Positions 26,594-36,494 of a DNA stretch of 64,000 nt are shown one piece after another. A model generated the notes under the pieces. It was not told the DNA's origin and searched no databases. It saw nothing but the letters and a program-made list of their open reading frames with translations. This stretch comes from a virus: IMG/VR virus record IMGVR_UViG_3300017992_000019, positions 1 to 64,000 of that record; one strand, written 5' to 3'. Each line of letters begins with the position of its first letter. The first letter of the stretch is position 1. A program made the translations under genes and the position numbers.

Positions 26594-27136
26594 ATGGTTG
26601 ACAAACTCGAGGACATACACGACGACAGCGTGCGAGGCAAACTCACCGGCTTTCAAGAGAACGCCGACGAGCTCGGTGCGGAGATCCTCCGGTTGCGGAA
26701 AGCGGCCGAGGACAAGGCCGCACTTGTAACCGCGGCAAGCGCGATCGAGAAACGTCTCAAGGCAATATGGGACAAGGTCTCGGCGGATCTCAAGGCCGAG
26801 TTATTCGATCACGACGAGGCCAAGATTCGCGCGGACCAAGCGAGGATCATGGTCGAGACCGTGCGAGAGATCGTGCAGATCAATGCCGAGGAGGCCGCGT
26901 CAATGAAAGGCAAGGTTTCCGGCCTTACGCTCGCGGTCGACCGGATCCAGGCGAAGTTCAATCAGGAGGCCGCGAAGTATGAGCGGCACGCGGCAATGGA
27001 GGCCGAGGAGGATGCACTCGCGGCCGAGCGTGGTCGGTCTCGAGGTATTCCAAAACGGCAAAAGGCGAAGTCGAAACCACCGACGAAACGAAAGCCGGCG
27101 AAGCGCAAGCCGGCGAAAAGGAGCAAGCGGCGTTGA
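26594..27136 (+). CDS. Coiled-coil protein with a KPAKR basic tail
   Basis: GAGGTGG RBS; heptad pattern. Confidence 0.7.
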   Translation: MVDKLEDIHDDSVRGKLTGFQENADELGAEILRLRKAAEDKAALVTAASAIEKRLKAIWDKVSADLKAELFDHDEAKIRADQARIMVETVREIVQINAEEAASMKGKVSGLTLAVDRIQAKFNQEAAKYERHAAMEAEEDALAAERGRSRGIPKRQKAKSKPPTKRKPAKRKPAKRSKRR

Positions 27137-27594
27137 GCCCGACACCCGACAGATTTCCTGGCACCCGGGAGGAAACCGAGATCAAGATCCTCCCCGAGAG
27201 CTCGGATCCCTCCGAGGAGGGAGTGATCCGGCTTGTGTCGGGAAACTTTCGTATGCGAGACGGGCTCGGAGTTTTCAACCCGCGTTCCGGGAGCGGTGGT
27301 CTCACCGAGGGCGATCACAAGGTGCTCGATTTTCTCGGGCACGCGATCGTCGAGGATGCTTACGAGGAGATCACTTACACCGGGAGCAAGGTCTCGAATG
27401 TCACGATCTGGACCGACTCGGGCAAGACGATCAAGATCCGCGAGTATCAATACACTTACTCGGGAAGCAAGATCAGCACCGAGACGATCATTCAATACAA
27501 CGGATCGGGAGTCGAGGTTGAGCGGTTGGTTTTGACGTACACTTTCACCGGTAACAAGGTGTCGAGTATCGACTATGAATACTCGACACCATAG
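27133..27594 (+). CDS. Putative structural protein with Y-T-G-S-K beta repeats
   Basis: Three YTGSKV/YSGSKI/FTGNKV units. Confidence 0.65.
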   Translation: MSPTPDRFPGTREETEIKILPESSDPSEEGVIRLVSGNFRMRDGLGVFNPRSGSGGLTEGDHKVLDFLGHAIVEDAYEEITYTGSKVSNVTIWTDSGKTIKIREYQYTYSGSKISTETIIQYNGSGVEVERLVLTYTFTGNKVSSIDYEYSTP

Positions 27595-27605
27595 GAGCTC
27601 GGATC

Positions 27606-28208
27606 ATGCCGGTTGTGATCCCAGGACAGACATTCCCGGTCGCGCTATTCGACGACGTCAACGAGATTGCGCTCGCGGTTGCCGATGGGGTTGCACTTCC
27701 GGCGAACACTCGCGGATTGATCATTGCGTCGGTCGACGGCGCGGGCGACGTGCATTTTGTTCAATCGGACAGCGAGGGCAACTTGCGGGTCGCGAGTCAA
27801 CCCCCGCAACCTCCGGCCGGCACGACCGAGTTTGTGCTTGCCGTCCCGGATGGGAGTCTCGAGATTTCGGCGCCTCCCGATTATCACGAAACGGAGTCGT
27901 CGGTGATCGGGAGCTCCGTCGATTTGTATTTGCAGTCATTCACCGCGGGCGCGGGAGGAGATCCGAGCGAGCGAGGGAGTCGGATCGATATCTTATGGCG
28001 CGAGGGAGCGGGCCCGACCGATCACGTGGTCGAGCGGGTCTATATCTCGGGACAGTCGGTCACGATCACCTTGCCGGACGTGCACAAGGCGCGCGACGGC
28101 CAGGCGTTGACCGGCGACGGCACGACAACGAAACTCGTGATCCGCAGATATCGTTTGTCGAATGCAGATCAAGAGGTTGACGCAGTCGTGAGAGGTTATA
28201 CCGAGTAG
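27606..28208 (+). CDS. Putative structural protein
   Basis: AGGAG RBS; operon context. Confidence 0.7.
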   Translation: MPVVIPGQTFPVALFDDVNEIALAVADGVALPANTRGLIIASVDGAGDVHFVQSDSEGNLRVASQPPQPPAGTTEFVLAVPDGSLEISAPPDYHETESSVIGSSVDLYLQSFTAGAGGDPSERGSRIDILWREGAGPTDHVVERVYISGQSVTITLPDVHKARDGQALTGDGTTTKLVIRRYRLSNADQEVDAVVRGYTE

Positions 28209-28217
28209 GAGAATTGA

Positions 28218-28901
28218 ATGCCGGTTCAGGTACAAGGCACAGTTGATCTTGACGCGCACGTGGCACCCGGCCGCGTGAAAATGCACCAAGACCTCTCGAT
28301 CATGATCAACCCGTTTTCGTATGAGGTCGACGGCAAACGGAATCACTACGCCGGCGTTTTGGGACAGTCGGTCACCGACGACGCGACAAACTATGTCTAC
28401 CTCAACACGGCCGGCACCTTGCAAGTCAACACGACCGGGTTCCCGGACGAATCGCATATCCGACTCGCTCGGGTGATCACCCTCGACGGATTGATCCGGG
28501 ACATTATCGACGAGCGCGTGCTCCTCACCGGATCTCTGGATCTCGAGATCACGTATGCGACGAGCGGCGGGCAGAGCTCGACAACCGAGACGACCTATCA
28601 ACAGAAACTCCGACTCACGACGCCGGATCTCCCATTGGGCGACTACTTGATCGAGTGGTATGCCGAGGTCAAGCACAGCAACGCGACGCAAAGTGAGTAT
28701 GTGCAAGCGAGGGTTGAGGTCGACGATACCAGTGAGATCGGGATCTGCGAATGGTGTTTTCCGGCATGGGACGATTTCGGAGGCATGTCGTTTGCCGAGA
28801 GCGTTTCCGGCGTGCACACTTTCGATCTCGACTTTCGCATACAAGGCGGCGGGACGGCATATATTCGGCGAGCTCGGATGCTCTTTAGGAGGCTCAAGTG
28901 A
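28218..28901 (+). CDS. Putative structural protein
   Basis: AGGAG RBS; beta-rich. Confidence 0.7.
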   Translation: MPVQVQGTVDLDAHVAPGRVKMHQDLSIMINPFSYEVDGKRNHYAGVLGQSVTDDATNYVYLNTAGTLQVNTTGFPDESHIRLARVITLDGLIRDIIDERVLLTGSLDLEITYATSGGQSSTTETTYQQKLRLTTPDLPLGDYLIEWYAEVKHSNATQSEYVQARVEVDDTSEIGICEWCFPAWDDFGGMSFAESVSGVHTFDLDFRIQGGGTAYIRRARMLFRRLK

Positions 28902-29512
28902 GTTTCAAAACCACAAAGAGCTTGACCGATTTCGCGAACGATGCGATCGACGCCGACAAGTTTTTCGCGGAGCACGCCGCGAGCTCGATCGCCGTCAAGC
29001 TGATCATGATCGAAGTGCAAGACGACGGCGCCGTCGATCTGTATCACGAATCAGAACCAACGACCTCGGAGAAAACGACTCTCGACACGTTGGTCGCGTC
29101 GCACGACGGGCAACCGACGATGAAATTCCGATACCTCGCGCCGACAAAGTTGGTTCCGGGCGAGGTCGACGTGACAGAAAACGCAAACTGGCAAGACCTC
29201 GGCGCGACCGTGACGACTCTCGGGAGTTTTGTTTCTGATGCGTCGAAAGCATGGGGCCGAGTTGTCGGCGAGGTGAAAGCAGACGGATCCGGCGCGGAGT
29301 TGAGAGTGATCCGGGAGAGCGACGGCGCGGTGCTCATGGCCGCGGTGCACAGCGTGAGCGACACGGCCGAGGCATGGGTGCACGTGCAATTTTGGGTCAC
29401 ACAAAACCAGCCGACCGACACCGATTGCTTTATCTTGCAAGCCCGGCGAAACGGAGCAACGTCGTTCAAGGTGCGTTATGCGAGCATGTCGTTGCTTGAG
29501 AGGTTTGAATGA
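28898..29512 (+). CDS. Hypothetical protein
   Basis: GTGA coupling; AGGAGG RBS. Confidence 0.7.
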   Translation: MSFKTTKSLTDFANDAIDADKFFAEHAASSIAVKLIMIEVQDDGAVDLYHESEPTTSEKTTLDTLVASHDGQPTMKFRYLAPTKLVPGEVDVTENANWQDLGATVTTLGSFVSDASKAWGRVVGEVKADGSGAELRVIRESDGAVLMAAVHSVSDTAEAWVHVQFWVTQNQPTDTDCFILQARRNGATSFKVRYASMSLLERFE

Positions 29513-29733
29513 GCAAGCGTTCCACATGGCCGAAGTGGGTCACGATCGGGATTCTGATCACGGTCGCGGTGATCCTGATCGGTTGGGATATATACGTCGC
29601 AGTCAACGACGAGGAGGGCGACACGATCTCCGAGATCCTGTTGTGGGTCGGCGAGCACCCGATCCTCCCTTTCGCGTTTGGTGTGCTCATGGGTCACTTG
29701 TTTTGGCCGCAGTATAAGAGGCGCGAGGCATGA
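29509..29733 (+). CDS. Small two-TM membrane protein
   Basis: Two hydrophobic helices; GHLFW. Confidence 0.7.
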   Translation: MSKRSTWPKWVTIGILITVAVILIGWDIYVAVNDEEGDTISEILLWVGEHPILPFAFGVLMGHLFWPQYKRREA

Positions 29734-30032
29734 CCGATTATCACGAAAGCAAGGTCGTCGCTTTGATCGGCGTTCCGAATGGGGCCACAAAGCAATTCAC
29801 GGCACCCTCGGCATTCGTTGCGGGATCCTTTCGCCTTGTGCTCAACGGTCAAGTCTATGAGCCGACCGACGACAAGTTCGGTTGGACCGAGATCAGCGAC
29901 ACGGTTGTCGAGCTCACGACGGCGCCGCGCACCGGCGACGTCTTGCAGGCTTTTTATCAAGAGCTTTCGGCCGTGCCGGGAGTCGGCAACGTGAAAGGAT
30001 CTCCCTTTCACCCGACCGACTCTTACCCATAG
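29730..30032 (+). CDS. Small Ig-like virion domain protein
   Basis: GVPNG...LVLNGQ...APRTGDVL pattern. Confidence 0.65.
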   Translation: MTDYHESKVVALIGVPNGATKQFTAPSAFVAGSFRLVLNGQVYEPTDDKFGWTEISDTVVELTTAPRTGDVLQAFYQELSAVPGVGNVKGSPFHPTDSYP

Positions 30033-30041
30033 GAGAGGACA

Positions 30042-30323
30042 ATGCCGTTTCCCAACGAGCACGCCGCGAGGCAAAAGGATCCGGGACGGTACAAGTCGTT
30101 TCGTCGGATGCGGCCGAAAGGTTTCCCGGCCGGGATCGATGCGATCATTGGGATCCTTGGTCGCGGGTTGAGCGAGATCCAGTCGTTGCGATTCGACAAG
30201 GAGAAATGGTCACCGGAGGCCGCGCGCAAGTGGCTCAAGGAGCACGGGTTCAAGACCGAGCTCGAGCCCGCGGGCAAGCCAAAGGAGAAAGTCGAAAAGA
30301 CGTTTTGGGACGGGGTGATCTGA
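30042..30323 (+). CDS. Head-associated small-domain protein (PNEHAAR...QSLRFDK) with C-terminal FWDGVI
   Basis: AGGAGAGG RBS; ends VEKTFWDGVI. Confidence 0.8.
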   Translation: MPFPNEHAARQKDPGRYKSFRRMRPKGFPAGIDAIIGILGRGLSEIQSLRFDKEKWSPEAARKWLKEHGFKTELEPAGKPKEKVEKTFWDGVI

Positions 30324-30324
30324 C

Positions 30325-30510
30325 ATGAGACGGATCGCGATTCTGTTGACGGTGCTCGCGGCGTTCGCGTTCGGGTGTGCGACGTCAAGCAAGGGAGCGA
30401 AAAAGGAGACCGAGGTCGAGGAGCCGAAGGAAAAGAAAGCCGACGACGAGCTCCCGGCGTGGTCAAAATTTCCCGAGGAGAAAACCGACGACGAGGAATC
30501 CGAGGAGTAG
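30325..30510 (+). CDS. Small lipoprotein
   Basis: MRR, hydrophobic core, AFGC lipobox. Confidence 0.65.
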   Translation: MRRIAILLTVLAAFAFGCATSSKGAKKETEVEEPKEKKADDELPAWSKFPEEKTDDEESEE

Positions 30511-30513
30511 GTT

Positions 30514-31611
30514 ATGCCGGCGCTTGCAAGAGGACAGGAAAACACACCGTCGATCATCAATTGGTTTACGACGGTCAACGGTGTGCTCACCGATATGTTC
30601 GCGGTCGAGTTTCAGATTTGGGATATCACCGGAGGGTTGCCGGGCACCGTGATCTTTCCGACACCGGGCGACGCGAATGATTGGGAGGATGTGACAAGCA
30701 ACGCGGGTCACTACTCGGTCGGGCACTATTACGCATACGACTCGGGCAACGCGCAAGGCTGGACTCCCGGACTCGCCGAGCCGATCGGAACGCACCGGAT
30801 CAAGTGGCGTTGGAAAGCGACGGCCGCGGCGCCGTACCAATCCGACGCCGAGGATTTCGAGGTGCTTGTGCAGTCGGCCGGGAGCTCGACCGACACGTAC
30901 ATTTCGGTTCAAGACGTGCGCGACGAGGGTCTCGACGTTGCGACGTATCCCGACGACAAGGTGCTCGCCTATATCAATATCTGGCAAGCATTTCTCGAGC
31001 GCGCGTGCCGGCAATGGTTCAACGCGCGGTCGTTGATCCTCGAGGTCGACGGCGACGAGACCGACACGATCTTTCTCGGCGTGCCGATCATTTCGATCGA
31101 CTACGTCAAGATCAACAACTCGGGCGAGGAGCTCGACGAGACGTTGTATCGGGTCTACAACCGCAACGGAACGCTCGACGACAGGCACAACCCGAAAATC
31201 TGCCTTGTCGGGCCCGACGCCTATCAAGATATTTTCGTTGCGCCGGTCACATGGGGCCGGTTGCGGTTTCAGAAAGGGCGACAGAATCAGGAGATCAAGG
31301 GGATCTTTGGGTACGTCGAAAGCGACGGGTCAACCCCGCACCTGATCAAGCGCGCGCTCCTCAAGCTAGTGATCGAGAAACTCACCGAGCCGATCTATGA
31401 TGCCGCGGCCGGGAGCTCGGTCGCGCCGATCCTCGGGTCGATCCTCGAGGAGGAAACCGACGATCACCGAATCAAGTATTCCGGGGCCCCGGTTACGGAA
31501 CGCCGGCCGGGTCTCTCGGGGATCACCGAGGATCCCGAGATCCTCGACATAATCAAATTGTATCGGGCGCCGATCGGAGTCGCGGCGCCGTCGCATTGGA
31601 GTATCACGTGA
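30514..31611 (+). CDS. Head-tail connector/adaptor with an N-terminal extra domain
   Basis: YISVQDVR...FLERACRQWF...PHLIKRA..KL pattern. Confidence 0.65.
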   Translation: MPALARGQENTPSIINWFTTVNGVLTDMFAVEFQIWDITGGLPGTVIFPTPGDANDWEDVTSNAGHYSVGHYYAYDSGNAQGWTPGLAEPIGTHRIKWRWKATAAAPYQSDAEDFEVLVQSAGSSTDTYISVQDVRDEGLDVATYPDDKVLAYINIWQAFLERACRQWFNARSLILEVDGDETDTIFLGVPIISIDYVKINNSGEELDETLYRVYNRNGTLDDRHNPKICLVGPDAYQDIFVAPVTWGRLRFQKGRQNQEIKGIFGYVESDGSTPHLIKRALLKLVIEKLTEPIYDAAAGSSVAPILGSILEEETDDHRIKYSGAPVTERRPGLSGITEDPEILDIIKLYRAPIGVAAPSHWSIT

Positions 31612-32015
31612 CCTTGCCTCGTCTCATACACCCGATCGACGTGACGATCGAAAAGATCGTCAAGGCGTCGACGTATTACGACGAGGATGCCCGCGAGCCG
31701 ATCCAGCAGGCCGCGCGGGCGGTGCCGGTGGTTGTCAAGGGTCAACCGAAATGGACTCGGCAGTTCGGGCTTGACATGGAAAAGGGAGGAGCTCGAGAGA
31801 CCGCGGCCGGGTACGTGCTATTCCGCAAGGTCGATCTCGACGCGGTGAGCGTTACGCTCGAGGACAACGATCGGATCACGAAAATGGGGCACGTCGAGTG
31901 CGACGTGTATGTGATCCGGCTGGAATGGACCGGGCACTATCCCGATCAGGACGGGCCGAGCATGGTCAAGGCGCATTTCACAGATCGGCGACCGTCAAAG
32001 GGAGTCGAGGACTAA
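31608..32015 (+). CDS. Head closure/stopper-like protein
   Basis: Size and position; GTGA overlap. Confidence 0.55.
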   Translation: MTLPRLIHPIDVTIEKIVKASTYYDEDAREPIQQAARAVPVVVKGQPKWTRQFGLDMEKGGARETAAGYVLFRKVDLDAVSVTLEDNDRITKMGHVECDVYVIRLEWTGHYPDQDGPSMVKAHFTDRRPSKGVED

Positions 32016-32635
32016 TGCCGCGCGGTGCTATCAGATTGACCGGCAATTGGGCCGGGTTCAAGAAAGCTCTCGAGGGCCGGACTTTCACCACGGCCGCGCG
32101 GAAAAACATGCGCCGGGCAATGGGACTCGTCGGCACACTCGTTGCTCGGGAGGTCCGAGAGCAAATCAAGCGCGGCCGGTACAAGGCAAACGCCGCTCTC
32201 ACCGTTGCGCTCAAGGGAAGCAACGAGCCGCTCAAGGGCAAGAGGACCGGCGAGCTCTGGCAGGCGATCACTCACAAGGTGATCGACGATTTCACCGTTT
32301 TCGTCGGAGTGCTCCGCACGTCCGGCGATTACAACGTCGCGGCCGCGGTGCATCAAGGGGTTTCGATTGGAGTCACTCCGCGAATGCGCGCTATGTTTTG
32401 GGCGCTCTGGAAAATGACTCTAGGCGTTCCGGGAGCGGAGCTCACCTCGAAACGGGCCGAGCAACTTTGGTCGTGGAATAAGGTTTGGTATCCGATCTCG
32501 AGAGCAACGCAAGCGATCGTGATTCCTCCTCGGCCGTTTATGGCTCGAGCGTTTCGCAGTCGAGGCACGCAACGGATCGTGCAAAAGGTTTTGACTGAGG
32601 CGCTCGACGCGACGTTTCAGGAGTTGGTAAAGTGA
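32015..32635 (+). CDS. Virion morphogenesis protein (HK97 gp10 / Mu gpG-like)
   Basis: NAALT..LKG..EPL, IPPRPFM. Confidence 0.7.
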   Translation: MPRGAIRLTGNWAGFKKALEGRTFTTAARKNMRRAMGLVGTLVAREVREQIKRGRYKANAALTVALKGSNEPLKGKRTGELWQAITHKVIDDFTVFVGVLRTSGDYNVAAAVHQGVSIGVTPRMRAMFWALWKMTLGVPGAELTSKRAEQLWSWNKVWYPISRATQAIVIPPRPFMARAFRSRGTQRIVQKVLTEALDATFQELVK

Positions 32636-33882
32636 GGCTCAAGAAACTAATCAAGGAGCTCTGTTTCGAGGAGAGCGTGCGAAGTAAGATCACGCTCGGA
32701 GCCGACACCCGTTTGCATCCCGAGTCGAGTTGGTTGCAACTCCTCGCCGATATCAACGGTGCGTATCCGACGACCGACGATCTCACCGTCAAGACATGGG
32801 TCACGAATCCGCAAAGTGTTCGTCAATGGCTCGGTTTCGAGGCCGACGTCGCGCACACCGAGATCGACGGTTCGGTCGTGACCTCGGTCAAGTTTCGTCT
32901 CGGTGACGGCACCTCCGAATTCTATTGGGACGGCGGCGCGTGGTCCGCGGCCGGCGCCTCGGATTGGAACACCGAGGAGGAGATCGCCGACAACATTTCG
33001 GACTTTCCCGCGACCGAGCGCAAGATCCAGGTCGTGATCAACCTCAAGTCTACCAGCACGGCCGCGACTCCATTAGTGACCCGGATCAAGATCCTGTATG
33101 CCTCCGATATCGAATTTCAAGAGGATCTGATCTATCGGTCGCTTGTGCGGTTGCTCCGAAACGAGATCCGGGTCAAGGGTCGGCACGTGATCACGCTTTC
33201 GAGCGCGACCGACACGATCGATCTCGCCGACACATACCCGATCGAGACGCCGTACAACATCCGATCGATCGACGGGGTATTCAACCACACCGACGATTCG
33301 GAACACTGGACCGACTTGTTTTCGAGTTATAACCCGACGACCAAGGTGATCACGCTTTCGTCGACGGTCGCGGCCGGCAAGGTCGTCTGGATCGATTTCC
33401 TTTGGGAGCCCGAGGTCGCGGTCACGACTTCGCAAGACTACTCGGAGGTCGAGAAAGTTCCGTCGCTCATAATCGACGACATTGGTTTGATCGACGCGGT
33501 CGAGCGGGCCCGGCCGGAGTATGTGATCAACAAGTCGGCCGGGACCGGCGTCAAGGTGCCGGGCCCGTTGCAAGGGGATCTCGATCTCGTCTTGCACTTG
33601 ATCACCGACAAGGGCGTCGATCAAATGCGTTTCGCCGACGAGGTCAAGCGGTTTTTCTCGAATCACCCGCAACTCGTATCAACCGGCCTCGACGAGGAAT
33701 ACGACTTATGGTTGTTCGACGAGTACGACATGACCACGGCGGCAAACCGCGGAGACATACACACCGGGCGCATGAGAGCGCAGATCCGAAACGTCTTGTT
33801 TTTTGTCCGGGAGTCGGAGGATATTTACCCGGTCGAGAAATTTATTTTGTCGGGTGATTTTGACACGATCATTCAGGCTTGA
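32632..33882 (+). CDS. Tail completion/terminator-like protein
   Basis: Immediately upstream of the sheath gene. Confidence 0.5.
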   Translation: MRLKKLIKELCFEESVRSKITLGADTRLHPESSWLQLLADINGAYPTTDDLTVKTWVTNPQSVRQWLGFEADVAHTEIDGSVVTSVKFRLGDGTSEFYWDGGAWSAAGASDWNTEEEIADNISDFPATERKIQVVINLKSTSTAATPLVTRIKILYASDIEFQEDLIYRSLVRLLRNEIRVKGRHVITLSSATDTIDLADTYPIETPYNIRSIDGVFNHTDDSEHWTDLFSSYNPTTKVITLSSTVAAGKVVWIDFLWEPEVAVTTSQDYSEVEKVPSLIIDDIGLIDAVERARPEYVINKSAGTGVKVPGPLQGDLDLVLHLITDKGVDQMRFADEVKRFFSNHPQLVSTGLDEEYDLWLFDEYDMTTAANRGDIHTGRMRAQIRNVLFFVRESEDIYPVEKFILSGDFDTIIQA

Positions 33883-33902
33883 ATTTCAAAGGAGGAAACA
33901 AA

Positions 33903-36194
33903 ATGTGTGCTCAGAGAAGAATCGGACCCGTTCGCGGCGCAGGCGTTGCGATCGTGGAAAAGGAAGGCGACAAACCGATCGAGGCGGGAGCTCTTGGGTG
34001 GGCGGCGTATGCCGGGATTCTGGAAAAGGGCGACGTCGGCAAGCTGATCCAAGCGAGCTCGAAAAAGGCGTTCGAGAAAAAGTGCGGCGGGTATATCGAC
34101 GACTCGTTGCTCCCGGATGCCTGTTTCGACTACTACGATCTCGCTCGCGGCGCCGGCGGTCTGTTGCTTGTGAGGGTCACCGACGGAAACGAGTTGCCGT
34201 CGGAGGTGACCTTGTATGCCCGACGCACAACTCAGTCGCCTATGGGAACGCTCAAGGCGAAAAACGGGGGTCGGTGGGGCGGCAAGGCTAACAAGTACAC
34301 CGACGACATGCCCAACGGCGGCGCGACCGACCTCACGAACACGACCCTCGACACCGGGCAGGCCATGAAAACCGACGAGTGGAAAGGCGGATACGTCGAG
34401 CTCGCCGAGGTGCCGAATGTGCAGTATCCGATCATCGGCAACGACGACGCCGGCGTGATCACCGTCGCCGCGGATCAGACCATGCTCGACGACTGGACGG
34501 CCGGAGGCGCGACCGACGATCGGTTTTATCTTGTGCTCGAAAACGAGGGCAAGATGCTCTCCTATGAGATCCGCGACGGCGAGGAGAATCCCGACACCGA
34601 GTTCGGGCTTTTCATTTATGTCGACGGCGCGCTCGCGAACAATTGGGCCAACCTGTCGACCGATCCCGCGTCGCCGAGGTATTGGGTCAACGTGATCAAC
34701 AACGACGGCAACAACGCCGAGATCGAGGTCGTCGATCTCTGGACCGGAGCACACGTCGCGGACGTCCGGCCGGCGAATCACTACGGCGAGATCGACACCG
34801 TGACCGCGACGGTCTTGACCGCGGTGATCCATGAGTTCAACCCGGCCGCGACCGGAGACGGCAACGGCACGTGTGCGCTCGGGACCACGACCGACGACAT
34901 GGTCGCGCAGACCTTGACGATCACTTTCACCGACCCGACCACATACGACGTCGTCTCCGACAAGTTCGGCACGGTCGCGAGCGGTGAGACCGTCGGCACT
35001 CAAACGGATCCAAACAACAAGTGGACACCTCCGTTCACCCTCACGGCCGGAGCGACCGCATGGGAGGCCGCGGACGTCGCGACCTTGACCTACAAGCCGT
35101 TCGTGCCGGACTCGTTGATCGACGGGTACGTGTACCCGGACAAGGTCAATGCGAAGCGTGAGAAGTATCGGATCGTCGACAACGATCACGACACGATCAC
35201 CGCGGCACCGGGATCCGACCTCACCGTGAGCGGCGCGCCGGCCGACGAGTTCCTCGTCGTCGCTCCGCTGGAAATGGAGGGAGGCCGCGACGGGATCGCC
35301 GACCTCACCGACGCGGACTATATCGCCGCGTGGGACACCGCGACCTCGTTGTTCAATCAGATCCACGGCAAGAATCTCGGGCTTGTGAAAATGGCAACGC
35401 CGGGGATCACCTCGACCGCGGTGCAGAAAGCCGGGATCGCATACGCCGACGCGAAAAACCATCAGTATCGGATCGAGGTGCCGGACACGACCACGACCGA
35501 GGAGTCGGCGGATCTGTACGTCAACGACACGATCGGGCGTTCCGATTTCGCCGTCGTGAATTTCCCGTCGTATGCGTATGTCACCGATCCCGACGACGAC
35601 GGATCGGGCAAGCGCAAGCTCGTCTCATGCACCGGCATGATCCACGGCCGGGAGGCGCGCACGGCGGTCGACTACACCGGGTATCACAAGGCCGGCGCCG
35701 GCGTCGATCAGATCCTCCCGTCGATCCTCGAGCTCCCGACGGGAGACACGATCCTCGACGAGGAGTATCTCAACCCGCTCGGGATCGGTCTGATCAAAAA
35801 GGTCAAGGGCAATTTCGTCCTGTGGGGCGATCGCACCTTGCACGTCGATCCCGCGTGGAAGTGGAAGCATCAACGCGAGATGCTCTCGTATTACGAGAAC
35901 GTGCTCCGCGAGTCGTTCGACTGGATCATTTTCATGATCAACGATCCGGTCACCGAGAAAATGGCGCTCACTTCCATGAAAACCTTTTTCCTGCCGGAGT
36001 GGCGCAAGCGTGCGCTCCGCGGCGACACTTTCGAGGAGGCGGCGCGGATCAAGATCGACAGCGAGATCAACACCGACGTCGTGCGCGCGGCCGGCGAAAT
36101 GTACGCGCAAGTCGCGTTGCAACTGGCCGACACCGTCGAGCGGTTCATCATCGAAATCGGCAAGCAGGGAATTTTCGAGTCGGTTGCCGCGTAG
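33903..36194 (+). CDS. Contractile tail sheath protein
   Basis: AKNGGRWG, GGRDG, LNPLGI, VLWGDRTL. Confidence 0.92.
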   Translation: MCAQRRIGPVRGAGVAIVEKEGDKPIEAGALGWAAYAGILEKGDVGKLIQASSKKAFEKKCGGYIDDSLLPDACFDYYDLARGAGGLLLVRVTDGNELPSEVTLYARRTTQSPMGTLKAKNGGRWGGKANKYTDDMPNGGATDLTNTTLDTGQAMKTDEWKGGYVELAEVPNVQYPIIGNDDAGVITVAADQTMLDDWTAGGATDDRFYLVLENEGKMLSYEIRDGEENPDTEFGLFIYVDGALANNWANLSTDPASPRYWVNVINNDGNNAEIEVVDLWTGAHVADVRPANHYGEIDTVTATVLTAVIHEFNPAATGDGNGTCALGTTTDDMVAQTLTITFTDPTTYDVVSDKFGTVASGETVGTQTDPNNKWTPPFTLTAGATAWEAADVATLTYKPFVPDSLIDGYVYPDKVNAKREKYRIVDNDHDTITAAPGSDLTVSGAPADEFLVVAPLEMEGGRDGIADLTDADYIAAWDTATSLFNQIHGKNLGLVKMATPGITSTAVQKAGIAYADAKNHQYRIEVPDTTTTEESADLYVNDTIGRSDFAVVNFPSYAYVTDPDDDGSGKRKLVSCTGMIHGREARTAVDYTGYHKAGAGVDQILPSILELPTGDTILDEEYLNPLGIGLIKKVKGNFVLWGDRTLHVDPAWKWKHQREMLSYYENVLRESFDWIIFMINDPVTEKMALTSMKTFFLPEWRKRALRGDTFEEAARIKIDSEINTDVVRAAGEMYAQVALQLADTVERFIIEIGKQGIFESVAA

Positions 36195-36227
36195 GTGTTC
36201 CGGTAGGGGGGGATCGGGAGGCCGATC

Positions 36228-36458
36228 ATGGTAGACGTGAAAAAGCAACGCGGACAAGGCGGGCCCCCGCAACGACAGGGCGGCAAGGCAACTTGCGAAT
36301 GTCCGAAGTGTGGGTTTGTCATGGAACACACCGAGCGCGGAACACCTTGCATCAAATTCAAGTGCCCGAAGTGCGGCGCCACGATGGGACCGCCCGGAGG
36401 CGAGCACGGATTCAAAAAAGAGGAAACCAAAAAAGGTTTTTGGGACGGCGTGATCTAG
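36228..36458 (+). CDS. Double Zn-ribbon protein with C-terminal FWDGVI
   Basis: CECPKCG...H..RGTPC...CPKCG; GGGAGG RBS; ends TKKGFWDGVI. Confidence 0.8.
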   Translation: MVDVKKQRGQGGPPQRQGGKATCECPKCGFVMEHTERGTPCIKFKCPKCGATMGPPGGEHGFKKEETKKGFWDGVI

Positions 36459-36494
36459 CGTCGCACCGAAACGAAAAAACAAGGAGGATCAGTC

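Noticed and set aside
33873-35462. Long minus-strand ORFs (this 529-aa one and similar ones)
   Set aside because: Antisense shadows of well-supported plus-strand genes.
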